Both the position numbers and the translations under genes were made by a program. Source: an uncultured Bacteroidales bacterium (GTDB lineage: Bacteria > Bacteroidota > Bacteroidia > Bacteroidales > FEN-979). From it: a stretch of DNA of 64,000 nt. The stretch spans positions 6,709 to 70,708 of the forward strand of contig CAJAUM010000100.1 of the NCBI GenBank assembly GCA_903945175.1, written 5' to 3'. Under the pieces are notes generated by a model. The model was not told the origin of the DNA and did not search any database. It saw only the letters and a list, made by a program, of their open reading frames with translations. Each line of letters begins with the position of its first letter. The stretch's first letter is position 1. This document shows, piece after piece, positions 39,601 through 46,604 of this stretch.

Positions 39601-40350
39601 TTTAATATCACCTGGGATACCATTACAGTTGGCGGCCTCGTTGAGGGAACCAAAGCGGTTTACATGGATTTTTATAACTATTCAACCGTGAACAAGCGCG
39701 ACCAATTGATAAGCCCGGGGCTCAATTTTAGTGGATACAACGCTGTATCGCTCAGTTTCAAACATGCCTATGAGCAACGCGTCAGAAAAGATTCACTGAT
39801 CGTCAGAATCTCATCGGACTGTGGCGTTACGTGGCAGCGTGTATGGGGTATGGGACCCAATGGAACACCCGAAGTTTTCGTTACACATCCAAGCACAGAC
39901 AATGCCTTCTACCCTCAATCGGCCGATGACTGGTGCGGCGGCAGTTACGGCACGGGTTGCTATACCATTGACCTGACACCCTGGGCCGGGCTGCAAACGG
40001 TCAAGCTGATGTTTGAAGCCTACAACAGGTATGGCAACAATCTCTTTTTATCTGATATCCAGATCAGCGGGCCAGTTGGCACGCATGAAATAACCAAGGG
40101 GAACCCTGTAGTCAACATCTTTCCGAATCCATCGCACGGTTTGTTCAACCTTACCATGAACAGCATGCCACGCGAAGTTAACATGACCGTGATGAATCCT
40201 CAGGGACAGGTCGTACGTGCTGAAGTTTTAATCTCCAGGGCAGGAACCATTTCGGAGCAGGTCGATTTATCTGATTTTCCGAAGGGATTGTATTTCATCA
40301 GGCTGACAACTGAACAGTTTACCCAGGTGGAGAAGGTAGTCGTTAACTGA
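36685..40350 (+). CDS. T9SS-secreted protein: BNR/Asp-box (sortilin/GH74-like) beta-propellers + 2 PKD domains + MAM/choice-of-anchor-J-like domain + T9SS C-terminal sorting domain
   Basis: Signal peptide and many S-x-D-x-G-x-T-W Asp-box repeats (SSDAGNTWA, STNGGASWA, SSDGGANWA, STNGGTSWA, TSNGGVTWT, STDKGYTWT). There are two PKD units (DFTADQT..GTYQVKLKVWNEYG and FTADQF..GPYDVQLIGTNGVG). The C-terminal IFPNPSHGLFNL..GLYFIRLTTEQFTQVEKVVVN is a type-A T9SS tail. Confidence 0.88.
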   Translation: MKKTLLLIAGLLLLVMAGRTQNTTSQSGNDTATFPYWIQMMQDQDANFFQTQRAFNIYWKDRKITKGSGWKVFKRWEYMMQNRVNADGSRIAPDATFNAYSAFENKTRSTSGSWVNLGPSQIPAPGPAGYLGLGRLNVVAFHPTDPNKIYVGAPSGGFWQSSDAGNTWATSTDTMPTLGVSAIIVDFANPDNILIGTGDRDAGDAPGLGIFKSTNGGASWAPSSTGMGNKIVGRMIQNPANAQIILAATSGGIYRSSDGGANWAMTQTGNFKDIHFKPGDPNLVYAAAGASFYRSTNNGTSFVKITAGLSTGQRGVIAVTAANPNFVYFMQSNGSSEFQGLYRSTDAGLTFTTRSTTPNIMDWSCDGSGSGGQGWYDLALAADPINAEIIYAGGVNVWKSTNGGTSWAINSHWWGDCSVPSVHADCHFLGFSPVNGKLYAGNDGGCWVTSNGGVTWTDRTVGMTIGQIYKLGQSQTIKNKVINGFQDNGTYAYMPTNWIAVGGGDGMECAIDYTNAAYTYHTIYYGDIYRKINNGSEKHIAGIGIYGINESGGWVTPFCLSKADHKGMFVGYKNIWRSANVTTSTLSWVKISNNLAGSNGSDMAVIEHSAANTNLFYAGRSDNKFFRTDNCMDANPLWLDLTSFLPASATPKDIESHPTDENIVYITLGNGVYKSTDKGYTWTNITGNLPNISMNAIAYYKNANEGLYVGTDAGVYYKDQSTTDWIAFSEGLPANGRITELDIYYDNDSVSQDAIRASSYGRGLWGSDMYHASLTADFTADQTLIPIGCAIDFTDLSSGVPTDFQWSFEGGSPSTSILKNPLDIMYNTPGTYQVKLKVWNEYGADSVTKVSYITVSNTLTPVVSFTADQFVICGNDIVHFTDQSTGCPSAWMWLFTPATVTFLEGTSGSSQNPVVQFDGSGPYDVQLIGTNGVGSEALTKTGYIVKDGYALPFMDSFGAGIDTKHWQILNPDFNITWDTITVGGLVEGTKAVYMDFYNYSTVNKRDQLISPGLNFSGYNAVSLSFKHAYEQRVRKDSLIVRISSDCGVTWQRVWGMGPNGTPEVFVTHPSTDNAFYPQSADDWCGGSYGTGCYTIDLTPWAGLQTVKLMFEAYNRYGNNLFLSDIQISGPVGTHEITKGNPVVNIFPNPSHGLFNLTMNSMPREVNMTVMNPQGQVVRAEVLISRAGTISEQVDLSDFPKGLYFIRLTTEQFTQVEKVVVN

Positions 40351-40359
40351 TTTGTGTTT

Positions 40360-41085
40360 ATGCAGTTGTTCTATGTTTCCGTGATACAGGGAGATGCTTG
40401 TGTACTGAGCGAAGAGGAATCATGGCATTGCATGAAGGTGCTCCGGTCAAAGGAGGGAGATGTTGTACATCTCACCGATGGTAAGGGGCAGATGTATCAG
40501 GGAACCTTATCAAAGATTCATCACAAAGGCTGCCTGGTCGAAATCAGCAGTTCGACGTCTGTCCCTCGAAATCCCTGGAACCTGCACATGGCTGTTGCGC
40601 CAACCAAAAACATTGATCGCTTTGAATGGTTCCTCGAGAAGGCAACGGAAATAGGGGTTGATGAGATCACGCCGCTTTTTTGTGAACATTCCGAAAGGGA
40701 AATAGTTAAACTGCAACGACTTGAAAAGGTATTGGTTTCGGCAATGAAGCAATCACTCAGGGCCTGGTTACCGAAACTCAATGAACCGGTGAAATTCAAT
40801 GATTTCATTGCCAGAACTGTTCATGGGCAAAAATTTATCGGATATTGTGCAACCGGAATGGAATCACAGCTGGTGAAAACCTATACTCCTGGCAATGATA
40901 CGGTAATCCTGATCGGTCCGGAAGGTGATTTCTCCAAAAACGAAGTTGACTGCGCTACAAAATCGGGCTTTATTCCGGTAAGTCTGGGGCAGAACCGTTT
41001 GCGTACCGAAACCGCAGCCATTGTGGCTTGTCATACCATTGGGATATTGAATACGCAAAGCGTGACACGTGACGAAAAAACGTGA
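40360..41085 (+). CDS. rsmE: 16S rRNA (uracil1498-N3)-methyltransferase RsmE
   Basis: MQLFYV start, a PUA-like N-terminus, and a SPOUT C-terminus (ILIGPEGDFS..E, GQNRLRTETAAI). The start was set to the ATG at 40360. Confidence 0.9.
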   Translation: MQLFYVSVIQGDACVLSEEESWHCMKVLRSKEGDVVHLTDGKGQMYQGTLSKIHHKGCLVEISSSTSVPRNPWNLHMAVAPTKNIDRFEWFLEKATEIGVDEITPLFCEHSEREIVKLQRLEKVLVSAMKQSLRAWLPKLNEPVKFNDFIARTVHGQKFIGYCATGMESQLVKTYTPGNDTVILIGPEGDFSKNEVDCATKSGFIPVSLGQNRLRTETAAIVACHTIGILNTQSVTRDEKT

Positions 41086-41100
41086 CACGAGACGCGTGAC
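41060..41100. repeat. Degenerate heptamer array (RCGTGAC-type) spanning the rsmE stop codon
   Basis: GCGTGAC ACGTGAC GAAAAAA CGTGAC ACGAGAC GCGTGAC. The rsmE TGA at 41083-41085 lies inside a CGTGAC unit. Confidence 0.6.
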
Positions 41101-41182
41101 GGAAAATTGGTCACTTGTCATTACAAAAGACTATTTGAAGTACATTGGTGAATAAATTGCAACCAGGTAGTTTTAAAACCTA

Positions 41183-44100
41183 TCAGGGACTTTTCTTAAT
41201 AATATTTATCTCATCTTCGGTCAATCCATATAATTCATAAACCAATTGGTCAATCTCATTTTCCAGGGAGCTGGTGTCGGCATTGGGATCCGTTTTTTTT
41301 GTGGAAAGAATTTGGTCTACTATCAAAGCAATTAAGTCGTGTGTGTTTCGCAATTTCTGATCTGATAAATCAATCCTTCTAATAGGAAATCTCTTAATAT
41401 CCAAAATGGAAATTCTCGGAAAGGTTTGTGTCACTACCTTGTTGGAAGTAAAATTAAAAAACCAGGAAATCAATGAAGAATTAAGGATGCCGAGGAAAAA
41501 TTTCAAATTATAAACCCCCTCTTTGGCCTTATCTTTCAGGATGATATTAAGAACCGATTTGTAATTAACCATGAACTCATCTGCCATGCATGCAAAGATT
41601 TTGTATTTACCCTTGTTGGTAATCTCCCTTACCAGGATTCTTTCTCCTTCGAAAAAATATTTTTGTCTTGGATGTGCGAGCCAATTTCCATAGGAAATCC
41701 AGGTATTACCTGGCCAGGTAAACGAGTATCGTAAAATATCCTTACCATTTAATTCTTTTACAAATGATTCGTCATTTTTTAAATCAGAATGGTATGGTCT
41801 CGATTCTATAATCTCAGGACTTTGACCAGAACAAATATCATATGCTTGAACTCCAACAGAAAAATCACAAAATTCAGAGAATGGTTTACTGTTAACTTGA
41901 CATTTCAGCAAAACTGTTTGATTTGCAGGAGAAACCAATATATTAAATAGATCGGTATTTTTCCAGTCGCTTTGATTATGAGCAAATTGAACACAATCAT
42001 CGCTGGAAATTTTATCAATTATTTGGTTTTCATCAAATATTGAAATATGAATAAGAGCATCGGTTGATCTTGGAAGAAATTGTTGCTTTCTATTAAGATA
42101 AATAATAGTTTCAACTGTTGCATCTTCAAAAACTCTTTTCGGCAATTTAATGATTTGGTTAATGTGAGAATTTTCGAGTAGATAAGCTCGAATAGTTTTA
42201 GCTTCGATAACTGTCAACCATGTATGAGGTGTGATATAGCTTTGAAGGCCATTTATTCTGGTAAGGTTTAATCCAAGTTCAATAAAATATCCGTATGATT
42301 CATATTTACCAGTTATTGTTGCAAATTTCGTTTTAAAAAAATCCTTTTCTGCAGGAATAAAACTCACGCCATATGGCGGATTCCCTATCACCACGTCAAA
42401 CCCAACAAAATCGCCTTCATCATTAAGCACTTCGGGAAACTCGAACCGCCATTCAAATGCGTTTTCGAAAATTCTGTTGTTTTTGGCGTCCTCAATGGCC
42501 CGATTTAGCTTAGCTGCCTCGTCTTCCAGTCTTTGTTTCTCTTTCACACCTTTTTCCTTCGCCTTTTCATCCCCATACACTGTGTCTGGCTCGAATAAGA
42601 AATTACCGGTGAATTTGTGAAATAGTTGGTTCATGATCTGATCACGCTTTTTTATTCTTGGATCATTCTTGCCAATGCCCAAATGAAAAGCGCTTTTGAT
42701 TGTCGTTATCAATTGTTCCATCTCCCGCTTCACATCCCTGTTTTCTGCATTTCGATACGTCATAATTGCCTCCCGGTAGGAAAAAATGGAAAATCTTCCT
42801 CCGGATAAAACCTGCTTCAGATCAGCATCCAGTGCATAATGCGAGATCAGTGAATTCCCGCACTTGATGTTGATATCGATATTGGGCAGGGTTTCGAGTT
42901 CGGTAAAGTCGGGTTTTTTGTAGAAGGCATTCTTTAAAAGCTCTATCCACAAACGTAAGCGACATATTTTAACGGAATTGGGATTGATGTCAACGCCAAA
43001 CAAACAGTTTTCGATGATGGTTTGCTTTTCGCGGAAAAGCGCTTCCTGGACCCGCTGACTTCCTTTATTTGTCGGATTGTAATCGAACAGTTCTCCATCT
43101 TCATCTGTTACAATGAGTTCGTCATTCACCACCTCAACCTGGTACTCTTTTAATCGCCGGCCTTCGCGGTCTTGCAGGATTTTCAAATCGCTTTTTATGG
43201 CAATTATTTCATTCAGGGCTGATACCAGAAAATGGCCGGAACCAACAGCCGGATCACAAATTTTGAGACTATTTATAATGCTGTTGGCTTCATTACGGTC
43301 TTCAATTTTATTGTAAACATCATCAATGCCTTCACAATTCCAGCCTTTCGCATCATTGAACTTCTGCACAACAGCCCGGCGAATGGTTTCGCGGCACATA
43401 TACATGGTGATGAACCCGGGGGTGAAGAATGAGCCGTCTTTATATCCGTTGATCTTTTCAAAAATCAAACCCAGTACCGAAGCATTGATCAGCGTTTTGT
43501 TATCTTCCTGGATCTCCTCTGCGCCTTCACCTGAGAAATCATAGGCATTGAGGAAGGCAAATAGGTAATCCAAACCATTCATGTTTCCGGTTAACCGTTT
43601 CCCGATATTATTTTTCAGTACCGTTCCCGGATGAATCGGAATGAGGCAGTCATCCTGCAGATTGCTGATAAAAATGGTGTTGCGCTCCAGTTCTGTCGGC
43701 TCAAAGAGCGAACTATTCAGGTAGGGGACCTTTTCAAACAACTTAACAACAGCAGGATCACGTTCTGTGCCCTTTTTGGCAAGTACACGAAAAAACAGAC
43801 TATCCAGGGAATCAAATCCCTTAAGCTTGTCACTGTTGAGAAATTCATATTCATCCTGTTCGCCTTTATGGTAGTTGATCAACTGCGCTTCGAGTAGTTT
43901 CAGGAATAAAATACGGTTGATCCATGTGATCGCCAGTTCCAGCGATACATTAAAAAGTTGCTCCTGGGTTGTTTTTCCAAAATAGGAAGGTTTGCCAATC
44001 CGGCTGATCAAATCCCGGCTGTCGATCTGAACAATGGCATTCTCTATCAGTGATCCTGGAACCCGCTCTCCTTCATTTTTCCTGCCGATTAGTTTTTTAC

Positions 44101-44899
44101 TTCCCTCTTTGGTTTCTGTCAACCCGATAATGTGCAGCAATTCTGAATAAAAGGCTTTATCCAAACTGTTGCTGTCGTTGGTGAAAGGAAGCTTCAGCAG
44201 ATGTTCCGGTGAGAGCAGCTTATAAAGGGCAATGAGTTTGGAATCATCAATTTTATCGTCGTTTCGCAGGGGTTTATCATACTCCCGGAAATCAAAAAAG
44301 GTAAACCAAATTTCAGAAGTAAGCGCTGTCAGGAATGGTTCTGCAATTTGCTTGTAAAAAAAGTCAGTCGTATTTCCTGACAACCGGCCTTCTTCAAAAT
44401 CGGTGAATTGTTTTACAAGGGCTTTATTCTGGGCGAATAGTTTCTCAAAGAGGCTGGCATCGAAGATATACCATTCAAAAATGTTTGTGGCCACCAGATG
44501 TTTGATCTCCAGGTTATGGTTGGTGATCCGTTCCCTGAGATAATACAGGATAAGTTCATGAAACGCTTTTGCGTTCAAGCTATCCGGCCGGACCATCTCC
44601 GATTTATTCGAAGGCTTTTTTGCTTCGATCAAAACACCTGCCACACTTTTTGAATCGGGGCCGGTATGTATTACAAGGTCATTCCGGCCTTTTGTGTTGA
44701 TATAAAAATGCTGGTAGAAGGTATTCTTTAGAAAATCGCTCAGATCATTTTTGGCATGCTCTTCTGATTCGGTCTCATCAATGCCGTCAAGCAGTCGGAT
44801 CAGGTTTTTCTTAAACACCTCTATTTCGTTTCTGGCAGGCTTTACCTTCAGCCAGGCTTTATTGAGTGATTTCCGGGGGGATAAAAATGTCAGTTGCAT
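41183..44899 (-). CDS. Type IIG restriction-modification enzyme (fused PD-ExK nuclease + Eco57I-like N6-adenine DNA methyltransferase + TaqI_C-like specificity region)
   Basis: 1238 aa. The N-terminal GRNDLVIH..GVLIEAKK is D..ExK nuclease-like. SAM motif I is CDPAVGSGHFLV (about 43226-43258) and catalytic motif IV is VIGNPPYG (42368-42385). The long C-terminal region is typical of target-recognition domains. No separate R, M or S gene is adjacent. Confidence 0.85.
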   Translation of the reverse strand: MQLTFLSPRKSLNKAWLKVKPARNEIEVFKKNLIRLLDGIDETESEEHAKNDLSDFLKNTFYQHFYINTKGRNDLVIHTGPDSKSVAGVLIEAKKPSNKSEMVRPDSLNAKAFHELILYYLRERITNHNLEIKHLVATNIFEWYIFDASLFEKLFAQNKALVKQFTDFEEGRLSGNTTDFFYKQIAEPFLTALTSEIWFTFFDFREYDKPLRNDDKIDDSKLIALYKLLSPEHLLKLPFTNDSNSLDKAFYSELLHIIGLTETKEGSKKLIGRKNEGERVPGSLIENAIVQIDSRDLISRIGKPSYFGKTTQEQLFNVSLELAITWINRILFLKLLEAQLINYHKGEQDEYEFLNSDKLKGFDSLDSLFFRVLAKKGTERDPAVVKLFEKVPYLNSSLFEPTELERNTIFISNLQDDCLIPIHPGTVLKNNIGKRLTGNMNGLDYLFAFLNAYDFSGEGAEEIQEDNKTLINASVLGLIFEKINGYKDGSFFTPGFITMYMCRETIRRAVVQKFNDAKGWNCEGIDDVYNKIEDRNEANSIINSLKICDPAVGSGHFLVSALNEIIAIKSDLKILQDREGRRLKEYQVEVVNDELIVTDEDGELFDYNPTNKGSQRVQEALFREKQTIIENCLFGVDINPNSVKICRLRLWIELLKNAFYKKPDFTELETLPNIDINIKCGNSLISHYALDADLKQVLSGGRFSIFSYREAIMTYRNAENRDVKREMEQLITTIKSAFHLGIGKNDPRIKKRDQIMNQLFHKFTGNFLFEPDTVYGDEKAKEKGVKEKQRLEDEAAKLNRAIEDAKNNRIFENAFEWRFEFPEVLNDEGDFVGFDVVIGNPPYGVSFIPAEKDFFKTKFATITGKYESYGYFIELGLNLTRINGLQSYITPHTWLTVIEAKTIRAYLLENSHINQIIKLPKRVFEDATVETIIYLNRKQQFLPRSTDALIHISIFDENQIIDKISSDDCVQFAHNQSDWKNTDLFNILVSPANQTVLLKCQVNSKPFSEFCDFSVGVQAYDICSGQSPEIIESRPYHSDLKNDESFVKELNGKDILRYSFTWPGNTWISYGNWLAHPRQKYFFEGERILVREITNKGKYKIFACMADEFMVNYKSVLNIILKDKAKEGVYNLKFFLGILNSSLISWFFNFTSNKVVTQTFPRISILDIKRFPIRRIDLSDQKLRNTHDLIALIVDQILSTKKTDPNADTSSLENEIDQLVYELYGLTEDEINIIKKSP

Positions 44900-45037
44900 G
44901 GTTTGGATTGATTCCTTTTCAAATGTAGGAAAATGTCACTGTATTATACAAGAAATATCGATAACAATAGATAATTAATATCACCATAGATTACCTTGTT
45001 TTTCATACATGGCAAATTTATATTGCGATGAATCCAT

Positions 45038-45045
45038 TATATTTG
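45038..45045 (+). promoter_or_regulatory. Candidate -7 promoter box (TAnnTTTG)
   Basis: TATATTTG, 51 nt upstream of the ATG at 45096. Confidence 0.35.
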
Positions 45046-45095
45046 CATAACTGGAAAGCGCCTTAACAGGATTTGTTACATATCGTAAATCGTAC

Positions 45096-45770
45096 ATGGC
45101 AGCACAACCCCCTTCTTTTCGAATAATTCTTGCCTGTATCGTCGCCTTCATTGGAATGACCTCCTTTGTGCCGCCGTCGTTTCAGATTGCTTTGTTGAAA
45201 TATCAGGGTGGTGGGGACTGGTATGCAAACCCGACTTCGCTTCCCAACCTGGTCAGGTTTGCCAACCGTAATTTATCCACCAACATCAGTGAAGATATCG
45301 CCACGGTGGATGCAGGAAGCGCCGATATCATGAATTATCCCTTCATCCATATGACCGGACATGGGAATGTTGTTTTTTCGGATCAGGAATTACAGAACCT
45401 CAGGAAATACCTGATTGCCGGAGGGTTTCTTCATATCGACGACAATTATGGCCTGGATAAATATATCCGGCCCCAATTAAAAAAAATGTTTCCTGACCTT
45501 GAGTTATTGGAATTGCCTTTTAATCACCCGATTTATCACCAGAAGTACAATTTCCCCAATGGTCTCCCGAAGGTTCATGAACATGATGCCAAAGCTCCGC
45601 AAGGCTTCGGGCTTATGTATGAAGGCCGGCTTGTGCTGTTCTATTCCTATGAATCCGATTTGGGCGATGGATGGGAAGACCCTGCCGTTCATGGCGATTC
45701 CGAGCCAACAAGGCTTAAAGCGCTACAGATGGGAGCAAACATGCTGCAATACGTCTTCACGACAAAATAA
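45096..45770 (+). CDS. DUF4159 domain-containing protein
   Basis: 224 aa with an N-terminal TM/signal. ALLKYQGGGDWYANPTSLPNL.. and HMTGHGNVVFSDQE..LR.YL..GGFLHIDDNYG match the DUF4159 pattern as I recall it. Confidence 0.72.
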   Translation: MAAQPPSFRIILACIVAFIGMTSFVPPSFQIALLKYQGGGDWYANPTSLPNLVRFANRNLSTNISEDIATVDAGSADIMNYPFIHMTGHGNVVFSDQELQNLRKYLIAGGFLHIDDNYGLDKYIRPQLKKMFPDLELLELPFNHPIYHQKYNFPNGLPKVHEHDAKAPQGFGLMYEGRLVLFYSYESDLGDGWEDPAVHGDSEPTRLKALQMGANMLQYVFTTK

Positions 45771-45780
45771 AATCCTCTAA

Positions 45781-45836
45781 CCCTGTTACCCTGTCACCTT
45801 GTTACCTTGTTACCCTGTCACCCTGTTACCCTGTTA
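45781..45836. repeat. Octamer tandem repeat (CYTGTYAC)x7
   Basis: CCTGTTAC CCTGTCAC CTTGTTAC CTTGTTAC CCTGTCAC CCTGTTAC CCTGTTAC. It lies 10 nt after the DUF4159 stop and 25 nt before the -7 box at 45862. Confidence 0.85.
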
Positions 45837-45861
45837 CCTTTTGTGTTGTAACATACTTTAT

Positions 45862-45869
45862 TTAACTTT
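45862..45869 (+). promoter_or_regulatory. Candidate -7 promoter box (TAnnTTTG)
   Basis: TAACTTTG, 22 nt upstream of the ATG at 45891. Confidence 0.45.
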
Positions 45870-45890
45870 GACCACTATTTCCAACTACAC

Positions 45891-46604
45891 ATGGGAAAAC
45901 TCTACGACAAACTCGCCGAAGACGTTCGTTTTATTGAAGGATTGAAAGCCTGCCTCAACTGCGGAACATGCACAGCCATTTGTCCCGCGGCAGAATTTTA
46001 CAATTATCAGCCCCGCCAGATTGTCGATATCCTTCAAACCCGCAATGATGAAGAGATCGAAGCCCTGATGAAGAGTGAAACCATCTGGTATTGCGGTGAA
46101 TGCATGTCCTGCGTTACCCGGTGTCCCCGCGGAAATGCGCCCGGGTTGCTGATCACCGTTCTGCGATCTGTTTCGCAGGAATTAGGGTATTTTGTCGAAT
46201 CCGAAAAAGGGAGGCAGCAACTTGCCATCAAACGGACCGTCGGTGAGTGGATCCTGAAATATGGATATTGCCTTTATCCTTCGGAGATCCTGCCACAGAT
46301 GCATCCTGAACAGGGTCCCATCTGGGAATGGGAACATGAAAACATGGATGAGGTCATGCATCGGCTGGGAGCCAACTATAAAAAAACCGGACCCGGCATC
46401 CTGCGTAAAATCCCACAGGAGGATCTCGACGAGGTGCAGCGGATCTTTGATGAAACCGGGGCGACGGAACGTTACCGGAAGATCGAAGAATATTCACGGA
46501 TCAAGGCAGACGAGATGGGAATCAACCTTGAGCCCGGACTCGACAACGATTATATCCGCCACATTTATACTGTCAATGAAAAAGACCATACCAAAGACGC
46601 ATGA
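45891..46604 (+). CDS. HdrC-like 2x[4Fe-4S] ferredoxin-domain protein
   Basis: Two CxxCxxCxxxCP motifs: CLNCGTCTAICP and CGECMSCVTRCP. Confidence 0.8.
   Translation: MGKLYDKLAEDVRFIEGLKACLNCGTCTAICPAAEFYNYQPRQIVDILQTRNDEEIEALMKSETIWYCGECMSCVTRCPRGNAPGLLITVLRSVSQELGYFVESEKGRQQLAIKRTVGEWILKYGYCLYPSEILPQMHPEQGPIWEWEHENMDEVMHRLGANYKKTGPGILRKIPQEDLDEVQRIFDETGATERYRKIEEYSRIKADEMGINLEPGLDNDYIRHIYTVNEKDHTKDA

Noticed and set aside
41170-41179. Perfect 10-bp palindrome GTTTTAAAAC just downstream of the R-M gene stop, considered as a terminator.
   Set aside because: It leaves no loop and is all A/T except at the ends, so it cannot form a stable hairpin. It is more likely chance or a protein or restriction-type site.
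41183-44899. Possibility that the 1238-aa methyltransferase is BREX PglX or part of another multi-gene defence system.
   Set aside because: Both flanks are housekeeping or unrelated genes (rsmE, DUF4159). No brxA/B/C, pglZ, brxL, helicase or ATPase partners lie within the window. The N-terminal D..ExK region fits a self-contained type IIG enzyme better. This cannot be excluded without profile searches.
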